Assembly (NCBI GenBank): GCA_951406725.2
Contig: OX597815.1
Coordinates: forward strand, 119,660,001-119,724,000
Direction: 5' to 3'
From: Octopus vulgaris
Taxonomy: Eukaryota
Length of the DNA: 64,000 nucleotides
Positions 27,835-41,568 of the stretch are shown here, one piece after another (the stretch's first letter is position 1; the number at the start of each line of letters is the position of its first letter). The position numbers and the translations under genes were made by a program. The notes below the pieces were generated by a model. It saw only the letters and a list, made by a program, of their open reading frames with translations, made no database searches and was not told the origin of the DNA.

Positions 27835-27840
<6 letters not shown>

Positions 27841-28109
27841 AGTACAAAGTGTACATACGCTGCTATATATACATATATAAAATACAAAATGGGACAAGAA
27901 CACAAAACATCTGGACAACTAGTTGATACAAAAAGGGACAACAAAACATCCAGATAGACGATGCCAGATTGGAGCAATCTCAAGATTAATCAGCCGAAAT
28001 TGCGAGTATGATCTAGTTCTTGACTGAGAATAGAAAGCTTCGAATGACCCGTTCTTGTTTTTTTGTATCGTCTATCTGGATGTTTTGCGTTCTTGTCCCA
28101 TTTTGTATT

Positions 28110-28112
<3 letters not shown>
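27835..28112. mobile_element. Short inverted-repeat unit in a (TA)n tract (probably PLE-derived)
   Basis: AAATACAAAATGGGACAAGAA...ATCCAGATAGACGAT versus its reverse complement at 28065-28112; related to 57535-58380. Confidence 0.6.
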
Positions 28113-28169
<57 letters not shown>

Positions 28170-28171
<2 letters not shown>

Positions 28172-28740
28172 CATCGTCATCATCATCATCATCATTTAGC
28201 ATCCGCTTTCCATGCTAGCATGGGTTGGACGGGTCAACTGGGGTCTGTAAAGCTGGAAGGCTTCGTCAGGCCCAGTCAGATCGGCAGTGTTTCTACGGCT
28301 GGATGCCCTTCCTAACGCCAACCACTCCGCGAGTGTAGTGGGTGTTTTTTACGTGCCACCTGCACAGGTGCCAGACAGAGCTGGCGGACGGCCACGAACG
28401 GATGGTGCTTTTACGTGTCACCGGCACGGGGCCAGGCGATGCTGGCAACGGACACGAACGGATGGTGCTTTTACGTGCCACCGACACGGGGCCAGACAGA
28501 GCTGGCAAACGGCCACGAGCGGACGGTGCTTTTACGTGTCACCGGCACGGGGGCCAGCCGAGGCTGGCAACGGACGTGAACGGATGGTGCTTTTACGTGC
28601 CACCGACACGGTTGCCAGACAGAGCTGGCAAACGGCCACGAACGGACGGTGCTTTTACGTGTCACCGGCACGGGGGCCAGCCGAGTCTGGCAACGGACAC
28701 GAACGGATGGTGCTTTTACGTGCCACTGACACGGGGCCAT
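28170..28740 (-). mobile_element. RTE LINE 3'UTR fragment with ~61-bp tandem repeat array
   Basis: (CAT)n tail and GGATGCCCTTCCTAACGCCAACCACTCC shared with 47590-47778; six and a half tandem units at 28341-28740. Confidence 0.85.
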
Positions 28741-28903
28741 GTATATATATGTATATATATGTATATATATATATGTATGTATATATGCACATATATATAA
28801 ATCATTTATTATTATTATTTAATTGAACACTACAAGGAAACACTTATCCAAAGTGCCATGCAGTAGGACTGAACCTAAAACCAAGCTGTTGTGAAGCCCC
28901 TAT

Positions 28904-29205
28904 GCTGAGACTTAGAATGGGATTGCACCTAGAAAGTTACCCTCCCAGGCACAAGTCCGGGCAAGGTTGTTTATGGAAGACCAGCTGTCACCTATGCATA
29001 CCAACCTCCCCTCTCCACACCATCACTGTTATCCAAGGGAAACACAAAGGCCAATACAGCTTGGCACCTGTGACGTCGCAACTCGTTTCTACAGCTGGGT
29101 GACCTGGAGCAACATGAACACAACACGCAGCCCGGTCTGGGATTCGAACTTACAACCTCATGATTGTAAGCTTGACGCTCTAACCACTGAGCCATGCGCC
29201 TTCAC
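28904..29205 (-). mobile_element. tRNA-derived SINE family C with 10-bp TSD
   Basis: A box TGGCTCAGTGG and B box GTTCGAATCC; TSD AAGCCCCTAT at 28894-28903 and 29206-29215. Confidence 0.85.
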
Positions 29206-29899
29206 AAGCCCCTATAATGTTACAATAATTCTACAATAAGTACATCAAATGCTGGTTTAATGCTAGCAAAACAGAACCTCACCAGCATGAAAGACAATCT
29301 CTCTTGTGAAGAAAAACATTTAAATTTTCATGAAGACATCCAGTTTGGGATTTGTTCTAAAGAACATGAATTTTTATTTGCTCATCTGTTTCATTTATTT
29401 TACCCAATGTTCTTGCATTTTATACAAACTATACACCTTTTTCACTGACTTAATGTTCACCTAAATTTGCTGGTAACATATAGCTATGAGATCATGTTTA
29501 CAAATGATGGCAATAACCCATAACACATATATAATGCAGAATACTTAATTTTAAGTTAAATTTTGTTGACATGCAATACTTTACAGTGAATATAAATTGC
29601 CTCTACTCTTGAGGAGAAAGAGAGACAAAAGCAAAAGAAACAGGTAAACAATTATGATACGCAGTACCCAGAATAGGGTGAGAGTGGAAGTGGTGCAGCA
29701 AGTGATACAATTGTAATATATTGATAGAATATATTTGGGAAAATCTACACCTAATCTTGTAACAGCAACAATAAAATCAAAAGGTAATAGAAGTATTTTT
29801 GTACAATAATTCTTTAAATTTGACATATTTCTGTCTAATCTCGCTACCAAACAATCTATTGCTGTTGTCACCCAGACATTGTCTTTCTTGCAATCTTAA

Positions 29900-30335
29900 T
29901 CCTTTTGTAACCATATTTCTATTAAAATATACTGCTGTTGTTTCATTTAATTTTTGATATAATGAACAATTTAATAAAATTACTTTGCTGTTATTAAAAC
30001 AGAATTTGAAACGTAAATTAACATGAAAGTTTTAATTTAGATCATTTTAACCCATTAGCATTGAAACCGACCATATCTGGCGCAAATATTCTTTCTGTTT
30101 TTTGTCCAAACTGGCCAGATCCAGCCTCTCACACCTACCCTACATTGTCATTTTTAAAATAAGCAAGTACATCACCAAAATTTCTAAACTACAAGATAAT
30201 GTATGGTTAATTCAAAACAAAGTGAAAAAAATATGCATTACATTTGACAGAGTAATGTGAATGTAAAGGGTTAAACAGGAAGTTTGTACCAAAAAAAATC
30301 AGGTGTTGTTTTAGATTGGGTTGCTATTGAAAGGG
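29900..30335. mobile_element. MITE family 2 interrupted by MITE family 1 (30051-30270)
   Basis: Inner element is flanked by TTAA at 30047-30050 and 30271-30274; host sequence is contiguous across it. Confidence 0.8.
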
Positions 30336-32232
30336 TAAAAACTGAACTTGAAAAATTGTAAGTCCTATGAAGGTAATTCAAATTCAGGGGAGGGTTCTAA
30401 CTCATTTATGTATATTGTTATGGACCACAACCCTTTAACTTGTATTATGGTTTTCTTTTATAACAAGTTTCCCCCAAATGAAATCATTTGGGATTTTTAT
30501 TTCCTAGTTTAGTATCAATGTTCCTCATATTAATGAAGCTAAGGACATGAATAGTGATATTGTACCATAGTGGTACAATTTCTCCCTGCACAAGCAATAA
30601 ATTTTACTTAGTTGACAACAGATTAGAGCACAGTTGCTGTGTAATCCAATAGACAGTTAATGAAACCTGCTACCCAACAGCAAATTTATGTGATTTCTCT
30701 ACAGATCTGTTTTTAACTGAGCTCATGTTCCATCAAATATCTCATACTCTCTTCTCATTGTTTAATCCTGATGATCAAAGAATGAGAAAGAAAGAAAAAT
30801 TTTTATTATCAACCATTTTCAGAGGCAAGCACAAAAACAAAAAGGTATAAAAATGATCATTTGAAGCTGTCTCTTATACCAATAATCAGAAGCCATGTTT
30901 ATTTAACTCAAAGCTATCTGAGAGATAATCACCACCAACAAAAATAACGAAGACAATTTACAAATATTAAAATGAAGGCACTTTAGAGGAGGACTAAGAA
31001 TAATAGGAATGCTTAGTAGACTTAATATTTCAGTTAAAATAGGATTTTTTTGGTTTCATTTTTTTTTCTAAATAGCTGGTTGAGAAAATATTCCCCAAAA
31101 GCCTAGAATGTTCAAGAACAGTATTCTACTCATGTTGGTAAAAGATTTTCCTGTTTAGCTTCTTAAACTGGTTCAGATACTCTTTTCTTTTAGTTACATT
31201 TTTAGCTGTTTACAGCTTTAATATCTTGATCCTTATCTGATCAACCACTGTATCTTGTCATTCTTGAAACATAATTCCTGCAAAATATCTTATGGTACAT
31301 AGAAATGACATAAAATGGATGTGTCAAAATCAGAAGAAAATAATCTGGGTTTTTGTCTTTATAAAAACGTAAATGAATGTTCTTTGGTAAATATGGAATC
31401 ATTCTAAACTAAAATACTTTGTAAGTAAGTTTATTTGAAGCCTTTTTTATGGTTACCAAATAATAAATGAAGCACATATTTCCTTGTTTATCATGAGTAT
31501 TTGGTTCTAAAAATCCTCCAAAAACACTGCATTAAATGAGTCAGTGATAAATGAATCATAGGACATAAGAGAAAAATAGGTTTTGCTCCAAAGCTTCAAG
31601 TTGTTCTGATCATTGTGGATGGTCTCTGGAGCATGTTTATACAGTCCAAGCAGAATCTTTGCTTGATTGCTGACATTTCTTATCAGAGATTAATCCATGA
31701 TAAGTGAAAAGTGTTACAAGTGAGCATACTGTGTTATCCCAGATCAGTGATGAATGAATCAGTGAAAAACAAGGATTGCTGTATAAAATTTTGGATGTTA
31801 CATATGCCTTAATCAAAAGAAAAGTTCGCTTATCATCCATGTGGTCCCAAGTTTGGTCCAAGTGTGCAGCACCTTGATGAATGTGTCTCCTATTGTAAGC
31901 TTGGGTTGAAATTGGTTGCCGGAAACTGTCCAGAAGTTTGTTGTGTGTGTGTGTGTGTGGTATATCTTTCAGCAATGTATATTGGCAAAACATATAAGCA
32001 TCAACAAGAAATCCAATAAGCCAACGTTTTCTGACAAAAACCCATTGTAATATTTGTTCTGCCAGAATTGCACAAACTCTCCCTTGTTACTTTCACCATG
32101 GTAAATACAGTGAACAAGTGACTGATTTGTTAGAAATCTATAAGAAATAATGCTATTGTTTACAGAATACAATACAAAAATTAACTTCGCTTTTTTTCTT
32201 TTAATCTTTAATTAAATATGCACATGCATATT

Positions 32233-32269
<37 letters not shown>

Positions 32270-32270
<1 letters not shown>

Positions 32271-32850
32271 CATCATCATCTCTATCATCGTTTTATGTTC
32301 GCTTTCCATGCTGGCATAGTTTGGACAGTTTGACTGAGGACTGGTGATCCACAAGGTTGCACCAGGCTCCAGTCTGATCTGGCAAAGTTCCTACAGCTGG
32401 ATGCCCTTCCTAATGCCAACCACTCCGAGAGTGTAGTGGATGCTTTTATATGCCACCAGCATGAGGGCCAGTCAGGCAGTTCTGGCAACGATCATGCTCA
32501 AAAGGTGTTTATACGTGCTACCTGAACGGGAGCCAGTCTGGTGGCATTGGCAACGATCATGCTTGAATGTTGTTTTTCACATGCCACCAGCACATGCACC
32601 AGTAAAGTGACACTGGCAACGATCACACTCGAATGGTGCTTTTCACATGTCACCGGCACAGGAGCCAATCTGTGGCCCTGGCAACGAGCACGCTGAGGTG
32701 TGCTTTCAACTTCCACTGGCATGAGTGCCAATCACGCAGTGCTGTCATCGGCCACGTCAGTAATTTTGATTTTGATTTCACTTACCTCAATGTCTTCACA
32801 AGCAAGGTTTATTATCCAATGAATGAGGGGTATTCATAAATGGGCTGGTT
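32270..32850 (-). mobile_element. RTE LINE 3'UTR fragment with decayed tandem units
   Basis: Same tail and GGTGCTTTT..GTGCCACC units as 28170-28740. Confidence 0.8.
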
Positions 32851-32863
32851 ATCTCTCTCTCTC

Positions 32864-32897
<34 letters not shown>

Positions 32898-33227
32898 TAG
32901 ATAGATAGATAGATAGATATACACACACACACATAAACATATATCCATAGATACATTATATACACACACACACACATCTGTGTATACTTTGTACTGAATC
33001 TATGACTATGCCCTAGTATTTCTTTTATTGTTTTTAACAAGGTTCTGTATATTTTCATATAAGTTCCTTGCAGTTTGGAACAGTGAAGTTCCTGAATCAC
33101 TCAGAAATGTTTCTGTGCTTTTATTGTATCATGGTTCAGAATAAACGATGTTACTATATGTTGGTACCTCTTTGTAGTAAGCAGGGCTAAAGTGATTGGT
33201 GTACATGATATTGAAATTTGATTGGTT

Positions 33228-33615
33228 TACTCTTTTATTTATTTCAATCATTTTACTGTGGTCATACTGGAGCACTACCTTTAGTTTAACAAACCAACTC
33301 CAGGACTTATTCTTTGTAAGCCTAGTACTTATTCTATCGGTCTCTTTTGCTGAACCACTATGTTACGTGTACATAAACACACTAGCATTAGTTGTCAAGT
33401 GATGGTAGGAGAACAAACGCATACACATGTGCACGTATACACACACACATGTACGACGGGCTTCTTTTAGTTTCTGTCTACCAAATCTACTCACAAGGCT
33501 TTGATTGGCCTGAGGATATAGTAGAAGACACTTGCTCAAAGTGCCATGCAGTGGGACTGAACCTAGGACCATGTGGCTGGTAAGCAAGCTACTTATGACA
33601 CGGCCACTCCTGCAC
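33228..33615 (-). mobile_element. SINE family A
   Basis: Full head-to-tail homology to the family. Confidence 0.85.
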
Positions 33616-34379
33616 CTCACTTTTCTTTGATAAGATCATCAGTAAGGTGTATATAATCTGGGTGTTTATTTTAGCGATGTCCTTTGCTATATTGTTTCCA
33701 CCATTGATCATCTATTTATCTATTTTTGTGTAGAACTTCGCAGAGTATAGATGTGCTGTCCACGACTGTTTTCCAGTTTAGTTTTTGTTTGCTGTCAAGT
33801 GGTGTAATGGCTGCAATTTTTTTCTCATTGCAACTGCATTGAAAAGACTGTGAATGGGCAGAATTGTTACTATGCCAGACAAAACAGTAGCATTTCATTT
33901 CTTCCTGCTCTTGATTTTTGCCTTACATCTTTCAGGGGCTGATAAAATTAATACCAGTTGAGCACTGGGGTTGACATAATCAGGTTTCCCTCTCCTCAAA
34001 ATAGAAAGAGTTATAAGTGCAATGTAAGCCAGCAGGAAAGTCTATGGCCAATATAACAGTTGGTTATTAACTTTACAGAACTAATGTTTGCAATCGAAAT
34101 TTTAAAATCACATCAGTCATTAGTAGCTGGAGCTTATTAGTACATTTACATGAGTACAGTTTGCTTTTGATAAAAGTGTTTTTAGTTTTAGTGTTTGTTT
34201 GTCGTATATTATTATTATTAGTGTTAATTTATGGTTTCGTGTAATGCATTTTGTGTTAATGTATTCATAAAATAGATATTCATATATGACATGTGTCTGT
34301 GTGGAAATAAACTATTTTCATCTAAGTATATGCATCTTTTTTGTTTTTGTGTGTGTCCTTGGTGTAAATGGATGTGATG

Positions 34380-37300
34380 TGTCTGCTGTTTTCTGTCTGA
34401 ATGTTTATATCTAAAATGGTGTCATAGCATTACAATCTATATACTTGTATAGATTTGGATATCAAACTTTTGTTGGCTTTGAGGTCATCTTTAAATTTCT
34501 TGGCATTTCCAGTATGACCATTATACTAAGTATATTATGCACATATTTGGTGTATATTGCAAGCTAATGTTCATGTCTTGGTACTATCATAATTTCTATT
34601 GTCATCTCATAGAATACTGCAAATCTAGGCCTTAAAGGTGATCCCATGGCTACTACATATATTTGCTTATATAATTTGTTTTCCTATGTATAGTAAACAA
34701 ATAATTTCTTCAGTATTTGCTGTGCAAGAGCACAACACCCTCTGACAAGAATGGACTGAACCACTATATATAAATAGTAGCAGTCTAAGTAAGTGAGCAG
34801 TTTATGCTAGTTCCACAGTTTGTGTGTTGATAGTTCAAAGTTGGAGTTCAAAGTTTACAGTCAAGTTCGCATGTTGGATTGTTGGTTCTTAAAAGATTAT
34901 TGTTACATTCCACATAGTTAGTGCTGTTTGTTTTGATCATATTGTTATTACACTGTTGCAGTGTATTCGCTTATTCATAAGGACATAACATCTAGCGACG
35001 AGAATCGTTCAAAACTCATATTGGTTATTTGACTAGTTCTGTGTCATGGAAAACCTATTAGCTACAGTAGTACAGCTTCAAGAGAAGCAACAGGAACAAC
35101 TACAGGAGTTGCAAAAATAAATGCTACAACAACAACAACAATGATTAATTGATAGTCTACGAAGTCCGAAAATCCAGTAAGCTCGTTCATGCCAGACAGT
35201 GTGGCTAATGTAATTTCTGAATTTACGTATAATCTGGAGGAAGGTATTATGTATCCCATGTATTATAGAAGATATGAGAAAATTTTTAAGAAAAAGTACA
35301 AGTCATGGTTGGAGGAGCAGAAAGCAAGGCTTTTACTATGCAAGGTAGCTCCTGCCAAGCATGAGCATTATTGTAACTTTATTCTGCCCAAAAAGTCAAA
35401 TGAGATTGGTTTCCAAGAAACTGTGGAACGACTTACAAAAAGTTTTTGGTGATAGGAGCTCATTATTCAACACCAGAATGGAGTGTTGGAACTTAACAAA
35501 AAATGAGGATGATTTTATCACCTATGGTGGAGTAATCAGCCATATGTGTGAAAATTTCAAATTCCAGGATCGCACTCAGGATATGTTCAAATCACTTATC
35601 TTCATGCAAGGACTTATAGCACCTGAAGATAGAGAAATTCGGGCAAGGATTCTCTTGAAGTAGGATTTATCTCTACAGACTATTGGGGAAGAATGTCAGA
35701 CTATGGTAAATCTTAAATATGATGTGAAAAAATACAAGAGAAAGACTCTGCGAAAATTCAAATGTGTCATCCTAGGAAGTACAATTTAAAAAAAGTGTCT
35801 GGCCTCAATCCATGTTATAGTTGTGGAGGCCTACACTACAAAGAGGATTGTCCATTTAAAGATAAAAAGTGCTATAGTTGTCAGAAGCTGGGACACAGGA
35901 GTTCTCATAGTAGAACAAGATTATGAGGCTCAAACACAGAAAGTTCTAATGTGTTTTCAGCAGAGAGCGATTGTGACAGAAAAACAATAAAATTCATGTG
36001 CATAAAAATAAATGATGCAAATACCAAATTACAGTTAGACACAGGTAGTGACATCTCTACTATAAATGTGGATACTTGGAAAAAAATTGGTAAACTGAGG
36101 TTATGTAAAACAGCGAAATTAGTGTGTGGTGTAACGAACAGGTCATAAATTACATTACATGGGCAAAATGTATCGACGTCACATTTTGAGGAGAGACATG
36201 TGAAGCAAAATTATTCATTGTGAATAATACAATCAATCTGTTTGGCACAGATTGGTTAGAACTATTCGATTTATGGCACCTCCCCATAAATCTTTACTGC
36301 AATAACATAAATGGTTGTGCTGTTAAAAACAAGTCTTCGGAAAATTTGAAAAAATGTTCCTGCAAGTGTTATCAGAGGATTTCGCTCTATGTAGAAAGAC
36401 AGAAGCTTATTTCCAAGTAAGTGAAAATACAGTACCGGTATTTATGTAGAAAGACGGAAGCTTACTTCCAAGTAAGTGAAAATGCTGTACCAGTATTTAA
36501 AGCAAACAGAAATGTACTGTTCATGGCAATTGAAACCGTAAATGAAGAGTTGGACAGACTTGTAAAAAGTGGAGTCATCAAAAAGGTGGATTACTCGAAG
36601 TGGGTGGCAGCCACGGTATGTATTAAAAAAAATAACAATAAGATTAGCCTGTGTGCTGATTTCTCTTCAGGATTGAACAACTGCTTAAAAACATACCATC
36701 ATCCACTCCTGACTACAGAGGACATTTTATCAAAGTTAAAGGGTGGAAAAATTTTTTCCATATTAGATCTGTCTGCAGCCTATCTACAGATAAAAGTAAA
36801 TGAAAAATGATCAAAGTATTTGACAGTAAGTACATATAGAGGATTGCACAGATACACACAATTACCTTATGGATTACATGTGGCACCAGCAATAATCCAG
36901 CAAATCATGGATTCTATGTTATCTGATTGTGAATTTGCAATCCTCTACTTGGATAATATTTTGATCAAGAGTATTTCTTTTAAACAGCATGTGGAACATA
37001 TAAAAGCTGTGTTAAAGAAAATAAAAGTGTTATGATGAACATTATCTAAGAACTACCAGTGACTGCACAGGATATAAGAATGAAAGGTGTAGGTGATGAG
37101 TATATTACAAAAATAAAAGAAGCTTTCAAAAATAAACAGAATAAAAATTCAGACACCAGTAGTTTTTCAATTTATGATGATATTCTGATGTATGCCCAAA
37201 GAGTGGTGGTTTCAACTACATTACAAAAAGGTGCATTGCAACAATTTCACAGTGGACATCTATGAATGGCAATTATGAAGACTCTGATGAGGAGTTATGT

Positions 37301-37441
37301 CTATTGGTTGTCAATGGACTGAGATATTGAAAACTTGGTGAGAATGTGCTAATGTTGTGCACTCACAGCCAAAGCCCTGCTGGTAAAACAGATTGAACAC
37401 CTTGAGATAATGCCCAAGCAAAAGAGATACTAATATATATA

Positions 37442-37477
<36 letters not shown>

Positions 37478-38110
37478 TGTATGTATAAATAAAAAAATTT
37501 CTTTATTCCTTTGGAATATGAAATCTCAAAAGGGAAGATGTTGTGCAAGAGATGACACCCCTGGCAAGAATGAACTGGACCACTAAATATAAAGAGTAGC
37601 GGTCTGAGTAAGTAAGTAGTTTATGCTAGTTCCACAGTTTGTGTTGATAGTTGGAGTTCAAAATTTACAATTCGAATTAGCATGCTGGATTGTAGGTTCT
37701 TAAAAGATTGTTGTTATGTTCCTTGTGGCTACTGCCATTTGTTTCAGTCATGTTGTTATTCCACTGTTGTAGTGTATTCATTTATTCATAAGGATATAAC
37801 AGTATTGTGGCTAGCATTAAGGGTATTTGTATACATTATTTAATATGGTTTCTATTGTTTCAGCTATTGCAATGATGGTAAACAAATATTTCATATCTAA
37901 GGTAGAGATGTTGCCTACTTGATAGATTTCTTCTAAGATCTCTAGAAATTCTTTGGGTGACTTTATACTCTATCTGTCCAGAGTGTTTTGTTTAATAATG
38001 TTACCTAATCATTCAGCAATCTGGTGTATTGTTGCTTTTATTTGAGATAATATTAGTTGAAAGAGGTCTGTTTCCTTTGAGTATTTTTACTGCCCTGCAA
38101 ATATATACAG
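34380..38110 (-). pseudogene. Decayed Penelope-like RT split by the Gypsy insertion (parts ~34380-34712 and ~37807-38110)
   Basis: Minus-strand translations ISTLDMKYLFTI (right part), LYKQIYVVAMGSPLRPRFA and IYTKYVHNI (left part) match PLE RT motifs SLDVxSLFT, YxQxxGVAMGSPLGP and YVDD in correct order. Confidence 0.75.
34718..37801 (+). mobile_element. Ty3/Gypsy LTR retrotransposon, internally deleted and decayed
   Basis: LTRs 34718-34990 and 37539-37801 (TG...CA); TSD GTATT; PBS TAGCGACGAGAAT close to the tRNA-Ser(GCT) complement TGGCGACGAGGAT; PPT AAAAGGGAAGA; gag Zn knuckles, protease LDTGSD, RT (CADFS, LPYG, YLDN), integrase HHCC remnant. Confidence 0.92.
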
Positions 38111-38537
38111 GGGTGAATTCTTCAATGCAGGAGAAATATTCTTTTATTTTTAATATTCAATAGACATGTGCTGTGGTGAATCCTCTTTCAGTGCCAGGGA
38201 AATAAGGGGCTCTTATTTATGTGTTTATGGTTCTAATTAGTTTGTTCAATTAGACTTTCAATTGCATGGTACTATGTCTCTGAATGAATATCAGATCATT
38301 AAATAAACTGTTAATTTTTATTATGTAAACATTTTTATCCATGAAATTGTACATATGACTTTTGTCACTTTTACATATTATGATGTGATGTCAATGATTT
38401 TTTAAAAAATCATATAAAGCTTAAGCATCATGTAGAGTATTCCTTTATAGTTGTCTAGGTATATATTTATAATACATTCATTTTGGTGTAAGACTTGCAG
38501 ATTATTGTATATAAGATTTTTTTCTTTTATGTTTCAG

Positions 38538-38674
38538 ATTTTCTAACTGTAGATGATGGATTTAGGAATCTTGTTGCAAACAAACTACAAGGAATTCAAA
38601 TGAAAAATAGTAAAAATAATATTCAACCAGAATGTAAACATGTATTCAATACAAGTGTAAAAGAAATGTGTTAG
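38538..38674 (+). other. Possible orphan exon (weak)
   Basis: Acceptor tttcttttatgtttcag followed by an open frame FLTVDDGFRNLVANKLQGIQMKNSKNNIQPECKHVFNTSVKEMC*; no recognisable homology. Confidence 0.15.
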
Positions 38675-38715
38675 CGATACATGTGTGTGTATATGTACAT
38701 ATATATATATATATA

Positions 38716-38768
<53 letters not shown>

Positions 38769-38819
38769 CTATATATATATATATATATATACACACACAT
38801 ACACACACATACACAGTAT

Positions 38820-39890
38820 GTATTACACTCTTGGAGTGGTCAGCCATAGATAACCATGCCAAATCAGACTGGAGTCTGGTGCTGCCTTCCAGCATGCCAG
38901 CCCATCAAACCGTCCAACTCATACCAGCATGGACAATGGACGTTAAATGATGATGATGATATATATATGTATATATATATATGTCATCATTATCATCATC
39001 ATTATCATTTAGCATCCACTTTCCATGCTGGCATTGGTTAGACAATTTAACTGGAACTGGTAAACTAGAGAGCTGTACCAGGTTCCAGTTTGATTTTGGC
39101 TAGGTTTCTACAGCTGGATGCCCTTGCTAATACTAACCACTCCAAGAATATAGTGGGTGCCTTTTACATGTCACTGACACAGGTGCCTTTAATGTGTCGC
39201 CGGCACAAGTGCCTTTATGTGTCATGAGCATGGGAACCTCTTATGTGTCACCATCACAGGTGTCTTTTATGTGCCACTAACATGGGTGCCTTTTATATGT
39301 CACTGGTAATATCCATGGCTACAATTTCACTTGGCCTGATGAGTCTTCTCAAGCACAGCAAACTGCCAAAGGTCTCACTCATTTGTCATTGTCTCTATGA
39401 GACCAACATCTAAAGATCATGCTTCACTACCTCATCCCATGTCTTCTTGGGTCTACGATGACCATGAGTTCCTGCCACAGTTAGAGATCGGCACTTCTTT
39501 ACACAGCTGTTCTCATCCATACACATCGCATGACCTCACCAGTACAGTTGTCTCTCTTCTACACCACACCTGATGCCTCCTATGTCCAATTTTTCTCTCA
39601 AGATGCTTACACTCTGTCATACATGCACACTAACCTTGCACATCCAGCAAAGCATACTAGCTTCATTTCTTTCAGTCCTCTGCAGTCACAGTCCATCTTT
39701 CACTGCTATGTAGCATGGCTGTCTGCACACAAGCATCATACAATCTGCCTTTCACTCTAGTAGAAGCTCTCTCAACTTTGCCCAGCCTATTCTTATTCTA
39801 GCATTTACACTGTCAGAGCATCCACCTCTACTGCTGACTTGGTCACCCAGAGAACGGAAGCTATCAACTATTTCTAAGCATCCCTGAACA
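38820..39890. mobile_element. Tail-to-tail RTE 3' fragments (+ 38820-38960; - 38985-39890)
   Basis: Both end in GAT/CAT repeats; the minus copy includes VDSFRSLGDQVS...ARIRIGWAK, homologous to 46790-46880. Confidence 0.85.
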
Positions 39891-40314
39891 GTGGATGTTA
39901 AAATAATGAAGATGATAGTACATATAAATATGTATAGGACTATATAATCCAATAAGACACCTTTTTGAAGAAAAAAACAAAAGAAGGAATAAGATATGTT
40001 TATAGGGAAACTTGTTTGCTGTTTCTAGCATGTTAAGCAGCCATGTATATATTCCCTCATTAGCTTAATTGCAATAGTTGTTGTTAATGAGAATATTGAA
40101 TGGGTCATTAGCATAGTCAGTCTCTCCCTAAAATCCTTATTTCTTTACCCTCAGATATAATTTAGCATAGAAAGAGGGATTTTATAATGGTAGATAAATA
40201 TGTTTATTAATCATTAGCTATATCAAAACAAGGTCCTACAGAGTTCCCAACAAAAATTTATGAAAAATTTTTTTCTCACTTTCAAAACAAATTATATTTT
40301 ATTCATTTATCATT

Positions 40315-40753
40315 AGGTGCAGGAGTGGTTGTGTGGTAAATAGCTTGCCAAGTAAGAGCCCAACCACATTGTTCTGGGTTCAGTCCCACTGCATGGCACC
40401 TTGGACAAGTGTCTTCTACTATAGCCTCAGGCTAACCAAAGCCTTGTGAGTGGATTTGGTAGACGGAAACTGAAAGAAGCTTGTCGTATATATGTATATA
40501 TATATATATATGTATGTATGTATATATGTGGGTGTATATGTTTGTGTGTCTTTATTTGTCCCCCAAAATCGCTTGACAACCGATACTGGTGTGTTTACAT
40601 CCTTGTAACTGAGCAGTTCGGCAAAAGAGACCGATAGAATAAGTACTAGGCTTACAAAGAATAAGTCCTGGAGTCGATTTTTTGACTAAAGGTGGTGCTC
40701 TAGCATGGCCAAGGTCAAATGACTGAAACAATTAATAGAGTAAGAGTAAAGAG
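40315..40753 (+). mobile_element. SINE family A, full length
   Basis: Head, microsatellite and tail present. Confidence 0.9.
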
Positions 40754-41002
40754 TGTATGTTATTGTATTTTATTAATTCTATTATTGTTATATCTTTATC
40801 TTTTAATTTTTAAGTCATTGGACTATGGCTATGCTGGGATACATCCTTGAAGGCTTTAGGGACCCAATGCTTAATTTTAAGTCAGGTACTTATTCTATTA
40901 GTGTCATTTGTTGGAGTGCTAAGTTATAAAGGCAAACAAACTAACACTAGCTGACAAGCAGTAGTGAGGGAAAAACACAAACATGAAAAAATGCATACAT
41001 AC

Positions 41003-41034
<32 letters not shown>

Positions 41035-41044
41035 AAAAAAGGAA

Positions 41045-41405
41045 GTAGTTACAATTTTGGATAATTATTTATGAAACTCATCAGATATGATTTTTTTACA
41101 GACAATTTATGCCATTTTATATAAATCTGGAAGAGAATGTTTCTTGTTATCTATATGTGGTAACCTCCAAAAACTTCACTTCACATACATGCTTGCACAC
41201 ACATGCAGACATGCACTAAGACATCTGCACATATATATCCATGCATATATATTTATATATTCACAGACATATAAATAACAAAAGAACATTTTCTTTCAGA
41301 TTTACATAAAATGGCATAAATTTTCTGTAAAAAAATCATATCTGATGAGTTTTGGAAATGAATGAAATGAAAGTGCTAATAAACAATTATCCAAAACTCT
41401 GACTA
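41045..41405. mobile_element. PLE-derived inverted-repeat unit with hammerhead motif
   Basis: Arms ~41050-41160 and ~41265-41400; CTGATGA 41342...GAAA-gtgc-TA 41369-41378; related to 51490-51800. Confidence 0.6.
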
Positions 41406-41517
41406 CCTTCTTTTTCTTAATATATTGAATTTGCTCACCACTTCAAACAATCTATCCATCCATCCATATATATATATATATATACATAGATGTGTGTGTG
41501 TATATATATATATATGC

Positions 41518-41568
<51 letters not shown>

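Noticed and set aside
28341-28740. CRISPR-like repeat array and GC-rich ORFs
   Set aside because: The spacers are not unique, there are no cas genes, and the context is a eukaryotic LINE 3'UTR; the ORFs simply reflect the tandem repeat.
29130-29205. tRNA gene
   Set aside because: The A/B boxes belong to a SINE head that continues into a SINE body with a TSD; there is no acceptor stem.
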